64,000 nucleotides of DNA from a virus (Duplodnaviria; Heunggongvirae; Uroviricota; Caudoviricetes), in IMG/VR virus record IMGVR_UViG_3300020036_001703. One strand, given 5' to 3'. Below the pieces are notes generated by a model. That model did not search any database, was not told where the DNA came from, and worked only from the letters and a program-made list of their open reading frames with translations. Made by a program: the position numbers and the translations under genes. Shown here one piece after another: positions 29,203 to 38,419 of this stretch. Within the stretch, counting starts at the first letter, position 1. The number at the start of each line of letters is the position of its first letter.

Positions 29203-30849
29203 TTAGAAACTCTCACCCTCCTGTGACAAAACTACTTCCCATGTCTCAGGATCTAACGTAAACACATCTGCAATACCTAGGGAGTCACCAAATCGTGTCT
29301 TAAGTACTTTGATTCTAATACGACCTCTGGAGAAGTCAGGAAGAATTTCAGGCTCAAGAGCTAAAATATTCCAACTACATTGCTCAAGTGCTGCAGAACC
29401 TCTAGCAGACTCTTTACGAACATTTACCCAGAAAGGCTCACCTTCTTTACCCTTTGGAGGTAGGAACTGATGAGAGTCTGAGCGATTGATGTGACAAACT
29501 ACTAGCAAGTGTACATCATTAGCAGCACAAAAACTAGCCAAAGCTGTCATAACAATATCTAAATCTTTACGTTCGTTATCTGACTCATTCCCACTCACAA
29601 CCATCGACAAGTGATCAAGCACGATAAACTTACAACCTTCCACTAGAACCATATGGCGAACCTTCTGCATCAGAGTAGATGTAGGCATACTTCCAAAATG
29701 ATCCAGCAAAATAAGCTTATCATTATTCACAATGTCGTTGTAGACACAGCTAATAGCTTCTTCACTCGCAACTGATAAAGGATTCCGCTTGAACTTGAGG
29801 TAATTTACCTTCAGTTTTGAAGCAATGAGCCGTTGAATAGTCTCCTTGTTACCTTCTTCCAAGAAAATCATCCCAAGCTTATAACCAGCATCCATACAAG
29901 CAGAAGCCAGGATTGAACACACAGTTGTTTTACCCACGTTTGAGGGGGCAAGCAGAAGAGTGAGTTCCTTGTCTCTAAGTCCATGTAACCTTTGCATAAG
30001 TTTAGGAAAACAAGGTACTAGCACACCTTGAGGTTGTGGAGCAATAATCTGTTGTAAAGAAACACTGCTAGCCTTAACAACTTTCTCAGTAGAGAATGGT
30101 TGTTTACCAAAAGATACAAGCTTTGCTAGTTCTGGGCTCTTACCTGCCTGCATGTAATCTGACGCATCTTTAAAACCATCTGATGGCAGAAGAGTCATTA
30201 GACTAATCCCTGTACCAACAAATGCTGCTGCAACAGCTTCACGGGCCTCGTGACCCTTCATGATGCCCTTCTTAATCTCAGCAGGGGTACTATAGTCATC
30301 ATCAAAGAAAATTGTCAGAGCTTCGTATGACTTTGTAAACTGCTCATTATGCAGAACAGCTTCAACAGCATTCTTAGTCCCCATAGGGATAGAAACTACA
30401 GTAGGTTCAATACCTTCATAGCGTGTGCCCTTAACGCTGTCAACACAAGATTGGTAAACGCTAAGAGAATCCCATTCACCTTCAGTGATGATGAGGTTAG
30501 TTCGCTTACGATTAAGTTCTTCAACAACCTGCTGACCGAATAACTTATTACTGATGCTGACAGAGCCTACAGTTGTCCAGTGATACTCGTGTGACTTATC
30601 TACAGTAATATCCTGCTTCTTATACCCTACAACCTTACCTTTCTGGTTATATGATGGAAAGTAGTAAGCCTCAATTGTCTTACCATCTTTCTCTGACACA
30701 CCCGCTTTAACTCCAAACCTCTTGCAAGTTTCTTCAGAAATACCTCGTTCTTGGCAAGCCTTGAAAGGGTACTTCTCTACATCAGAAACGGACTCAACCT
30801 TCTTATTTGGATTAAAACTCGTGAATACTCTTTGTTTCTTTTCATACAT
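29203..30849 (-). CDS. primase-helicase (T7 gp4-like)
   Basis: Walker A LLAPSNVGKTT; RecA/DnaB-like C-terminal half; Cys-containing N-terminal region. Confidence 0.8.
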   Translation of the reverse strand: MYEKKQRVFTSFNPNKKVESVSDVEKYPFKACQERGISEETCKRFGVKAGVSEKDGKTIEAYYFPSYNQKGKVVGYKKQDITVDKSHEYHWTTVGSVSISNKLFGQQVVEELNRKRTNLIITEGEWDSLSVYQSCVDSVKGTRYEGIEPTVVSIPMGTKNAVEAVLHNEQFTKSYEALTIFFDDDYSTPAEIKKGIMKGHEAREAVAAAFVGTGISLMTLLPSDGFKDASDYMQAGKSPELAKLVSFGKQPFSTEKVVKASSVSLQQIIAPQPQGVLVPCFPKLMQRLHGLRDKELTLLLAPSNVGKTTVCSILASACMDAGYKLGMIFLEEGNKETIQRLIASKLKVNYLKFKRNPLSVASEEAISCVYNDIVNNDKLILLDHFGSMPTSTLMQKVRHMVLVEGCKFIVLDHLSMVVSGNESDNERKDLDIVMTALASFCAANDVHLLVVCHINRSDSHQFLPPKGKEGEPFWVNVRKESARGSAALEQCSWNILALEPEILPDFSRGRIRIKVLKTRFGDSLGIADVFTLDPETWEVVLSQEGESF

Positions 30850-30894
30850 AAATTAACTCCACTTCATGCCTAATGAAATCTGCCATAGTTCTCC

Positions 30895-31191
30895 TTAACA
30901 CTCAGGTTCTTCAAGATCTTCTTCTTCAATATAATCAAAAGGATTGTAACCTGAGATTGTTCCGTCACCCATAATTTCAATAAACTTTGAAATGAAATCT
31001 TGATCTGTTGATTTGATTACAAAATCTTCAGAAGAGATTGTACCAGAAACTTCAGAGTGCTTCCCAAGAATCTCACCAAAGTAAATATCTCTACCAATGA
31101 TTTTATTCAGGTCTTCTTCTTCACAAATAAATAAACCTGAAACTTCTCCACTTCTACCAAAATCCCAAAAGAATTCTACAATTGCTTTCAT
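30895..31191 (-). CDS. hypothetical acidic protein
   Basis: 98 aa. Confidence 0.45.
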   Translation of the reverse strand: MKAIVEFFWDFGRSGEVSGLFICEEEDLNKIIGRDIYFGEILGKHSEVSGTISSEDFVIKSTDQDFISKFIEIMGDGTISGYNPFDYIEEEDLEEPEC

Positions 31192-31193
31192 GT

Positions 31194-31409
31194 TTACTCC
31201 TTATGTTCAGGGAACTCTAATGCATGTACCTTCCATTCAACAAGTTTCCCAGGTGAAGCCTCAATGGAAAGATAATCAACAGTAGTAGGGAAATCAGGAT
31301 CAAACTTCTTACATAATTCAATAAACTCCAAATAAAAACTTGAAATTGGACTAAGTAATTTGGGTGATCTCACCTCGTATGTAAAATGCTGTATAAAGTT
31401 CTCCGACAT
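31194..31409 (-). CDS. hypothetical protein
   Basis: Start moved to the internal ATG with GGAG RBS to remove a 95-nt overlap. Confidence 0.4.
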   Translation of the reverse strand: MSENFIQHFTYEVRSPKLLSPISSFYLEFIELCKKFDPDFPTTVDYLSIEASPGKLVEWKVHALEFPEHKE

Positions 31410-31410
31410 A

Positions 31411-31728
31411 TTAATCTCCATAATAGTCATAGTAAACACTCCCTGTAATTTCCCACAATCTGTCAAAGAAAGACTCAACTTCCTTGATTGTTGAAGTTGA
31501 TTCAAGAATCAAGTCAGAATTGACGGTAAATCTATCTATTGTCCGAAACTGAATATCGGGTGCAAAAGATATATGGTCATGGTATTCATAGACATATACA
31601 ATGATAAAGTACCTTACTCCACTTGAGTCAGTAATCTTCTTCTGAAGACCATAACTTGCATATGGTCTAACATGCTTTACATCTGAAAATTTAGTATACC
31701 CTGCATCAGTCCAATCTTGCAAATTCAT
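31411..31728 (-). CDS. hypothetical protein
   Basis: Start moved to MNLQDW with AAGGA RBS. Confidence 0.4.
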   Translation of the reverse strand: MNLQDWTDAGYTKFSDVKHVRPYASYGLQKKITDSSGVRYFIIVYVYEYHDHISFAPDIQFRTIDRFTVNSDLILESTSTIKEVESFFDRLWEITGSVYYDYYGD

Positions 31729-31738
31729 ATTTTGATCC

Positions 31739-32014
31739 TTAATAAAAACTAAGAGTAAGATGAATCTTTGGTTCTTGAGCAAGAACATTCCTGAAAGTGT
31801 CTTTAATCTTCTCAATTCCAAATACGATTAGCCCATTATCAACAATCTCTTGACTGCCTTTGTAGAGTGCAAATCCTACAATCGGGTCAGGATCATCATC
31901 TTGCTCATGATATACATTGACAGTATCTTTATCAATTAACTCATAAATGTTTTCATGAGTAATTTCTGACAAAGGAAGTCCAATCACAATTACTGGATTA
32001 TAGGTAGTTCCCAT
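31739..32014 (-). CDS. hypothetical protein
   Basis: 91 aa, AAGGA RBS. Confidence 0.4.
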   Translation of the reverse strand: MGTTYNPVIVIGLPLSEITHENIYELIDKDTVNVYHEQDDDPDPIVGFALYKGSQEIVDNGLIVFGIEKIKDTFRNVLAQEPKIHLTLSFY

Positions 32015-32192
32015 CTAAAATTTCCTTAATAGTTTGTTCAACAAGATCTTGATATTTCATCAAGACAATATCTGCATTCTTCCATTGACTTTGATATTCT
32101 GAGTCAGAGTACATCCAATGATTTTCACCTAAACAGAAAGCACGAGATAAAGCCTTACGAAGTTTTTCTTCTTTAGTCATTTCTTCTCCCAA
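31998..32192 (-). CDS. hypothetical protein
   Basis: 64 aa. Confidence 0.35.
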   Translation of the reverse strand: MGEEMTKEEKLRKALSRAFCLGENHWMYSDSEYQSQWKNADIVLMKYQDLVEQTIKEILDGNYL

Positions 32193-32407
32193 ATCTTGTA
32201 AGTAAATACTTTCTCAAATGGTACTTCCTCAACAAAATGAAGGACGAATAGCATAGTATTTACAAAAGGTAAAAATACAAGGAAAGTACTCCAAACGATT
32301 GTTTCTAATGAAACATAGCCTGCTTCTTTGTGCCAGACAACAGTAGGCCAAATCATACCGATGCAGCTCAAGACATAAATAATCTTACAAAACAAAATCA
32401 AAGTCAT
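32177..32407 (-). CDS. small membrane protein
   Basis: 76 aa, three hydrophobic segments. Confidence 0.4.
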   Translation of the reverse strand: MTLILFCKIIYVLSCIGMIWPTVVWHKEAGYVSLETIVWSTFLVFLPFVNTMLFVLHFVEEVPFEKVFTYKIWEKK

Positions 32408-32416
32408 AGAACACCT

Positions 32417-33367
32417 TTACATATCATTTTCATTACGAATGCACTGGAACTGTGCAAACCTTGGTTTATCTTTAGTACCTTTTGGAAAGAGTTTAAACTT
32501 ACCAATTTTCATCAGAATTTCATGTTGGTTCTCAAAGTAGTATTTACGTTCATCATGATTCATTTTACCAGGAGCAACGTCAATTTTCAAACCTGCTTTT
32601 AACAAGACTTCTTCAGTCTGAGGGTCTACGATGTCTTTTAAGAGAGTTCCACGAAGAGTACCTACCATACCATTAGGCTGCATATTTTCTTGCAATGTAG
32701 AGCGTTCTGTACGACCCAAGAGGTTAACCTTCGCTTCATTAGCATTGTGCTTACCTTCAATAATTTCTTCAATCAAGAATTCACCATCAATGAACCGTTT
32801 AATTCTCCAAGCACCCATGAAAGTTTTACCACATCGACCGTACTTATACAGAGCATAAGGATCACGAATGATAGCACCTTCATAACCTTCTTCAAGGTAT
32901 GCACCCTCAATCTCTAAAAGTTCCTGCATATTATGCACAATTAGGGATTCAACAAACTTAATCTTGTCTGCGAGATAACAAGGAACCTTACTGAAATGAA
33001 TTTCCTTTGCAATCTTCATGCGTTCAAGATAAGGAAGATTCTTAGTATCATCTGTGCAATAATCAAAAATCCACCAATGAATATCTGGTTCACCTTCATG
33101 ACGGCGAAGATCCCCTGATGTAAACCTGCATAAATCATTTCCTGTTGGATCTGATCCAGAAGTCATTTCACCACAAAAACCATGTAGTTCAGGAATAGAC
33201 CAAGTTTTAGTAGTGAACTTATTCTCATGAGATTTTAGAGAACGACCAACAAGTTTACCATGTCGATTGTAACTAGCAACACCATCTATCTTTACTTGAG
33301 AAATACATGGAAACTTAACCCTGTCTTCATGCCAATCACAAGGTTGCATACTCTTAAAATTGTCCAT
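32417..33367 (-). CDS. ATP-dependent DNA ligase
   Basis: Adenylation motif I KIDGV near the N-terminus; 316 aa; T7-like replication context. Confidence 0.75.
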   Translation of the reverse strand: MDNFKSMQPCDWHEDRVKFPCISQVKIDGVASYNRHGKLVGRSLKSHENKFTTKTWSIPELHGFCGEMTSGSDPTGNDLCRFTSGDLRRHEGEPDIHWWIFDYCTDDTKNLPYLERMKIAKEIHFSKVPCYLADKIKFVESLIVHNMQELLEIEGAYLEEGYEGAIIRDPYALYKYGRCGKTFMGAWRIKRFIDGEFLIEEIIEGKHNANEAKVNLLGRTERSTLQENMQPNGMVGTLRGTLLKDIVDPQTEEVLLKAGLKIDVAPGKMNHDERKYYFENQHEILMKIGKFKLFPKGTKDKPRFAQFQCIRNENDM

Positions 33368-33376
33368 AATATCCCC

Positions 33377-33613
33377 TTACAATGGAATTACAGTATATCC
33401 AGAAATTTCTAGAAGTTTTAAAATTGAACTCTTTGTTGTATCGTGACCTTCATATGAAGAATAGAAAATAATATCCTTACTTAGATCTTGTAAGTATACA
33501 TTACATTCAATATTATCGTGACACCAATTTTCTCTGAAATTACAGTACTTCTTATTTAATCTAGCATCAAATAAGTTCATTACTTTCCTTTCGATGTTCT
33601 TGAAGCATTTCAT
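33377..33613 (-). CDS. hypothetical protein
   Basis: 78 aa. Confidence 0.35.
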   Translation of the reverse strand: MKCFKNIERKVMNLFDARLNKKYCNFRENWCHDNIECNVYLQDLSKDIIFYSSYEGHDTTKSSILKLLEISGYTVIPL

Positions 33614-33758
33614 GCATTTTCTCTACACAATCTAAACAGAAATGAATATTCTGTCCACGATTTCTGTAGGAATACATTGAAAGCATATTGGTTTTAGGTT
33701 TAATCTTTTTATCACATCCTCTACAGAATGCGGTTCTTTCAGCTTGTCTAATTTTCAT
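33567..33758 (-). CDS. zinc-finger protein
   Basis: CRGCDKK...CLDC. Confidence 0.4.
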   Translation of the reverse strand: MKIRQAERTAFCRGCDKKIKPKTNMLSMYSYRNRGQNIHFCLDCVEKMHEMLQEHRKESNELI

Positions 33759-33900
33759 TGAATATTTCCATTCAAAACTGCAAGCAGAATGTTTACTGAC
33801 TGAATTACAGCATCTTGTTGATGTCGTGTCAAGTCATTCCATGCTCTGGAATCACCACAAGCAACACAGATCTTAGACCAGTAGGTTTCAATAGGTGATC

Positions 33901-34245
33901 TCATTTCACATCCTTTTCAATAATTTCAATAGAGGTAATCTTACCATCCAAATAACTTGTCTTTGCAACTTTTCCTGTAAAAGTAATTAGTATAGATTCC
34001 GAATGAGTATCAACATTAGACAAGAAATAGGAACCAGTTTTACTTACAAACTCCATACCTTCTTTATGAGAAAAGATTGGAAAGAAATAGTATTCTTCTT
34101 TTGGTTTGATTCGGTAGTTACAGATTTCAGACCATCCTGGGGCAGATTCACAATCTTCCCAAGTTTTACTAAAAGTATCAAAAACTTGAATTTGCGAACC
34201 ATTAGCCCAAGCAATAATCAAATCAGCATGTTTACGACGAGTCAT
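33901..34245 (-). CDS. hypothetical protein
   Basis: 114 aa. Confidence 0.45.
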   Translation of the reverse strand: MTRRKHADLIIAWANGSQIQVFDTFSKTWEDCESAPGWSEICNYRIKPKEEYYFFPIFSHKEGMEFVSKTGSYFLSNVDTHSESILITFTGKVAKTSYLDGKITSIEIIEKDVK

Positions 34246-34421
34246 ACATTTCCTTTATAAATAAAATAAATACCTACAGCAATCCCAGCATACAAAATAT
34301 ATTGCAACAACTTACCATAACCAAACTTCTTTTCTTGAATATCCAAAGCACAAGCATATTCACATGTGTTAGGAAATGCAATAGAAGAATTTGTATGAAA
34401 CTTACGAAATTGATTTTGCAT
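34242..34421 (-). CDS. small membrane protein (not in ORF track)
   Basis: 59-aa ORF whose TGA overlaps the next ATG (ATGA coupling); C-terminal hydrophobic helix. Confidence 0.3.
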   Translation of the reverse strand: MQNQFRKFHTNSSIAFPNTCEYACALDIQEKKFGYGKLLQYILYAGIAVGIYFIYKGNV

Positions 34422-34429
34422 ATAAATCC

Positions 34430-34615
34430 TTATTCATCATTCTCAAGGTAAACAATTTTACATGTATCATCTACAGTATAGCCTGTAACAGATTCCACTT
34501 CAAAAGAATCACAGTTGAATGTAAGAACATCAAAATCAGGGTCAAGATCTTCAAGAATCTGAATCAGTTGTTTGACTTTCATATCTTCCTTTCGGTTCAA
34601 GTTTTTAAGATGCAT
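34430..34615 (-). CDS. hypothetical acidic protein
   Basis: 61 aa. Confidence 0.4.
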   Translation of the reverse strand: MHLKNLNRKEDMKVKQLIQILEDLDPDFDVLTFNCDSFEVESVTGYTVDDTCKIVYLENDE

Positions 34616-34620
34616 GAATC

Positions 34621-34836
34621 CTAGTCTCTAAACTTCATTCTGTCAATGCTTGTTGCAGAAATACAACAGTCTTGATATCTTTGATAATTTTTCATTGAAG
34701 TCTGTAGGCAGAAGATCAAGATGAGTAAGACTGAAAAGATTACAAGAATGTTTACTTTCTTTTTCTTACAATCTTTCTCTTCATGCTGTGTGCTTCCACA
34801 GTACTTACATTTCATGTGCATGATTATTCCTTTCAA
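34621..34836 (-). CDS. Cys-rich membrane protein
   Basis: CKYCGS...C then a hydrophobic helix. Confidence 0.4.
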   Translation of the reverse strand: MKGIIMHMKCKYCGSTQHEEKDCKKKKVNILVIFSVLLILIFCLQTSMKNYQRYQDCCISATSIDRMKFRD

Positions 34837-35191
34837 TGCTTCTAGAACGTGTTAAAACGATCTCTGTTGAATTATTTATCACTGGTTGATGGAGACATAC
34901 CCTGAATGATTTAAACTCATCTGAGGGCTTCTATCTTTGTTTGTTGAACTTTAGCTTTAGTCTACTAAATTGTCAAGATGATAGAGTAGTCTATAAACAA
35001 CAAAACCCAGAAGAAATTAATCCTCTGGGTTAATAGTAGTTAAAACTGAATAGTTTATTAAATAATAAAGATCTGAAAAGATCTGAATGAGTCTGACTTG
35101 AGCATCCTTGGCACCCTGCACCCAATTGGGATTTTACATTACAAAGAAATTTTGTCAATAGTTTTGTTACGTTTGTTACATTGTGCAGTTG

Positions 35192-35205
35192 TTGTAAATT
35201 TACAA
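35192..35205. promoter_or_regulatory. perfect 14-bp palindrome TTGTAAATTTACAA (candidate operator)
   Basis: Read directly; lies 2 bp upstream of the -35 element; two TTTGTTAC repeats just upstream. Confidence 0.4.
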
Positions 35206-35206
35206 C

Positions 35207-35235
35207 TTGACTAAGACTCTGAAGTTGGTTAAAGT
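35207..35235 (+). promoter_or_regulatory. sigma70-like promoter of the plus-strand early block
   Basis: TTGACT, 17-bp spacer, TAAAGT; ~25 nt upstream of the AAAGGAG RBS of the first gene. Confidence 0.45.
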
Positions 35236-35261
35236 TTAGGCATTGAAACAAAGGAGAAGAT

Positions 35262-35525
35262 ATGACTACATGCAAAGTAACAGAACGAGTCTTGAATCTT
35301 GAAGAGTTGGCGAGGAAGGCAAATCTCGCCCAAATGAATAACGCGCCTGAAGGCGTATTCATCGTAGACGCTCAGGCTCTTTCCCTCTTCGCCGCGCTGG
35401 TGCTTGAGAAGGCAGCGGATCTGGCGGATAGCCGTGGCCATCACTGGTCTGGCGAACCATCAAACGCATTCTTCAGCCTGGCCGACGAACTGCGCGCCAT
35501 GTCCGGTTCATGTCTGCATCCTTGA
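35262..35525 (+). CDS. hypothetical protein, GC-rich foreign-looking gene
   Basis: 87 aa; codons dominated by GCC/GCG/CTG/CGC unlike the flanks; first gene after the promoter. Confidence 0.45.
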   Translation: MTTCKVTERVLNLEELARKANLAQMNNAPEGVFIVDAQALSLFAALVLEKAADLADSRGHHWSGEPSNAFFSLADELRAMSGSCLHP

Positions 35526-35600
35526 AAAACATGTCCGCCATCGCAGCCTTGTTAGCTATAATCGCCATCGTGTTTAAATACCTTGAAGAAAGGAATAAAG

Positions 35601-35765
35601 ATGACTGAGACTGTCTACAAGTGCGTGCGCACTCAATCTGGAGAGGTGTACTACTCCGCCTTTGAGCAAGACCCAGATGAGATTGCGTTCGACTATCTCA
35701 ACGTAACAGAAGTGCCCATTAGTGAGGTTCCGCCATTTGGAATTGTTCAATTATCTGAAGAATGA
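35601..35765 (+). CDS. hypothetical protein (GC-rich)
   Basis: Start at the internal ATG with GAAAGGA RBS; 54 aa. Confidence 0.4.
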   Translation: MTETVYKCVRTQSGEVYYSAFEQDPDEIAFDYLNVTEVPISEVPPFGIVQLSEE

Positions 35766-35779
35766 GGTAAAGGATTAAT

Positions 35780-36631
35780 ATGTTTGATAAAATGAAAGAA
35801 GTTCATACTTTGAATACAAAGGGTATGGACTATGTTTTTACAGATTTGCATGGTAATTTTGATTTGTTTCAGAAGGCTTTGGACATTCTTCAGTTTGATC
35901 CTTCTAAAGATCGTGTTACTATTGCTGGAGATTTGTGTGATCGAGGCCCAGAAAGTCTTCGTTGTTTGAAGCTGTTGCTTGAAGATTGGGTAATTGCTGT
36001 TCCTGGCAATCATGAACAAATGTTTGTTGAATACGTTAAGAATCCAAATTCTCCATATGGTAGAGCTTTCATGTACAACGGTGGACAATGGATTTATGAT
36101 TATCCACCTTTCATGTGGGAAGAAGCTGGTATCAATGAAGTGACTGAGAAGATTCAAACTCTTCCTCGTATGCTTACATTCAAGGATACTGACAATAAAA
36201 TCAAATGTCATGTTCTACATGCTGAATTAAATGTTGGATCTATTGAACATCAAATCACAAATGCAGACATTGAAGATGAAGCCACTCTGAAACAAATGCT
36301 TACTCTATCTTCACTTGATGGTGAGTATAGTTTTTGGGGACGAGCAGTATTTTGTGATTTTTATAATCATCCAGTACCTGACTATAGTATGCTTTCTCAA
36401 AAGGGTATTGATCGTCTTAAAAAGTTTTCTCATCCTGATCTCAGTTTGATTATTTCTGGTCATACTATTATGCAGAAACCATTGTGCTTTGGTAACTTGT
36501 TAAATCTTGATACCGGAGCATTTAGAGGTTCTTTGTCTGGATACTGTATTCAAACTAATACGGTATTCACTTTGAATGAAAATGCTTCAGACTTTGTGTA
36601 TGAAGTAAATGAAATTAACCTAAATGACTAA
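35780..36631 (+). CDS. Ser/Thr protein phosphatase-type metallophosphoesterase (lambda PPase-like)
   Basis: TDLHGN...IAGDLCDRGPES...VPGNHEQ calcineurin-like motifs I-III. Confidence 0.8.
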   Translation: MFDKMKEVHTLNTKGMDYVFTDLHGNFDLFQKALDILQFDPSKDRVTIAGDLCDRGPESLRCLKLLLEDWVIAVPGNHEQMFVEYVKNPNSPYGRAFMYNGGQWIYDYPPFMWEEAGINEVTEKIQTLPRMLTFKDTDNKIKCHVLHAELNVGSIEHQITNADIEDEATLKQMLTLSSLDGEYSFWGRAVFCDFYNHPVPDYSMLSQKGIDRLKKFSHPDLSLIISGHTIMQKPLCFGNLLNLDTGAFRGSLSGYCIQTNTVFTLNENASDFVYEVNEINLND

Positions 36632-36641
36632 AGGAAATAAA

Positions 36642-36956
36642 ATGACACAAAAAGTACCTGCTATTCTAAAAAGCAAAAAGAAGATTAAGATCCAAGAAGT
36701 TAAACCTAGCTTTACTCATGCTGAAATTCAGCGGATTCACTCCTTTATGCGAAAAAATCTGCGAGATTTGAACTTCTTTATTCGTATTGCAAAGGGTGAA
36801 ATCACTGAAGCATGGGATTGTGCTATTCCTGGTACAATTGAAGGTGAATTTGCTTATGAACGCTTGAACGGTCTTCGTGAAGCTTTGCGCAGTATGAAAA
36901 CGGAAGAACAAAATATGATTCAGATCCAGCGTAAGCTGAAAAAGATGATGTCCTAA
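36642..36956 (+). CDS. hypothetical protein
   Basis: 104 aa, AAAGGAAAT RBS. Confidence 0.45.
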   Translation: MTQKVPAILKSKKKIKIQEVKPSFTHAEIQRIHSFMRKNLRDLNFFIRIAKGEITEAWDCAIPGTIEGEFAYERLNGLREALRSMKTEEQNMIQIQRKLKKMMS

Positions 36957-36957
36957 A

Positions 36958-37158
36958 ATGAAAGACAAACAAGGGAAAGCTCTTGAAGTAAAAGACAATG
37001 TCAAGTTCTGTACTAGGTTTGGTGAAGTTGTCGGATTTATACAACATATTTCCGACAATTTTGCTAAGGTTTGTTTGCAAGTTCCTGGGTTTGGAAGTTA
37101 TACTTGGAACAAGTCAAGTAAAGAGCTTGAGAAGATTAACGAATGGTGTAAAGTTTAA
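36958..37158 (+). CDS. hypothetical protein
   Basis: 66 aa. Confidence 0.4.
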   Translation: MKDKQGKALEVKDNVKFCTRFGEVVGFIQHISDNFAKVCLQVPGFGSYTWNKSSKELEKINEWCKV

Positions 37159-37167
37159 GGAGATACG

Positions 37168-38190
37168 ATGGAACGTAAGATGGCTACTGTTCGTAGGATT
37201 GATGACATTCAACCTATCATTGGTGCAGACTTGATTGAAGCTGTAAAAATTGGTGGTTGGAATGTTGTTGCTCAGAAAAGCATGGGATACAAGGCAGGTG
37301 ATCTCGTAATTTATTGTGAAATTGATTCTTTCATTCCCAATGAAATTGCACCCTTCTTGACCCAAGGAGGTAAAGAGCCAAAGGAATACAAAGGAGTCAA
37401 GGGTGAACGACTACGAACTAAAAAGCTGAAGGGTGTTGTATCTCAAGGGCTGCTGCTACCATTGAGTGTTGTGTTTGAACTAGATCCTCAAACAAGTGTA
37501 GATATCGTTGGTACAAATGTTTCAGAAATTCTTGGTGTCCAAAAATATGAACCTCCTGCGGAATTCCTAGCTGCTAACGCAAAGGGTTCTTTCCCTTATT
37601 TCATCCCCAAGACTGATCAAGAACGAATTCAAAACCTCAAGAATAAATACAATGATTGGTATGTTGAGAGTAACACTTGGGAAGTAACTGAAAAGTTACA
37701 TGGAAGTAGTATGACGGTTTATTTCAAGGATGGAGAAGTTGGTGTATGTTCTCGTAATCTTGAATTGAAGGAAGACTTGGATAATACATTCTGGAAGACT
37801 GCACATTCTTCAGGTGCTGTTGAAGCTTTGAAATCTCTTGGCAAGAACATGGCAGTTCAAGGTGAATTAATTGGTCCTGGGATCAATGACAATATTTATA
37901 AGTTGACTGATTTCAAGTTCTATGTATTTAATATCTTCGACATTGATAAACAACAATATTTCGTTCCTTCTCACTGTAGAAGTGTTGTAGAAAAACTACA
38001 GCTTCTGCATGTTCCTGTGTTATACTCTGAAGTATTGCAACAAGACAACATTGAAGATGTGCTTTCGTATGCAGAAGGTAAGTCTCAACTAAATATCACA
38101 ACCGAAAGAGAAGGTCTTGTGTTTAAGAAGTTTGATGCAAGTGAAAGTTTTAAGGCAATTTCGAATCGTTGGCTCATCAAGCATGAATGA
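37168..38190 (+). CDS. ATP-dependent RNA ligase, Rnl5/DraRnl-like (N-terminal OB plus nucleotidyltransferase)
   Basis: Motif I EKLHGSS (adenylated Lys); motif IV EREGLVFKK; terminal lysines ...KAISNRWLIKHE; N-terminal OB-like domain; 340 aa. Confidence 0.6.
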   Translation: MERKMATVRRIDDIQPIIGADLIEAVKIGGWNVVAQKSMGYKAGDLVIYCEIDSFIPNEIAPFLTQGGKEPKEYKGVKGERLRTKKLKGVVSQGLLLPLSVVFELDPQTSVDIVGTNVSEILGVQKYEPPAEFLAANAKGSFPYFIPKTDQERIQNLKNKYNDWYVESNTWEVTEKLHGSSMTVYFKDGEVGVCSRNLELKEDLDNTFWKTAHSSGAVEALKSLGKNMAVQGELIGPGINDNIYKLTDFKFYVFNIFDIDKQQYFVPSHCRSVVEKLQLLHVPVLYSEVLQQDNIEDVLSYAEGKSQLNITTEREGLVFKKFDASESFKAISNRWLIKHE

Positions 38191-38199
38191 AGGATTATT

Positions 38200-38415
38200 A
38201 TGAAAGTCAAAGAACTAATTGAAAAGCTCCAAGAATGTGATCCTGATGCTATCGTAGTTAAATCAGAAGACTTTGAATATTTTGTAATTGGAACTGTTTC
38301 TTCAATCTGGCTTACTGAAATCGAATACCAAGAAGAGTATGGTACTGAAGTTCAATTAGAAGATTGTGAAGAAGGTGATACTGGATCATTTCCTGCTGTT
38401 TATCTAGGATTTTAA
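38200..38415 (+). CDS. hypothetical acidic protein
   Basis: 71 aa. Confidence 0.4.
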   Translation: MKVKELIEKLQECDPDAIVVKSEDFEYFVIGTVSSIWLTEIEYQEEYGTEVQLEDCEEGDTGSFPAVYLGF

Positions 38416-38419
38416 ATTA

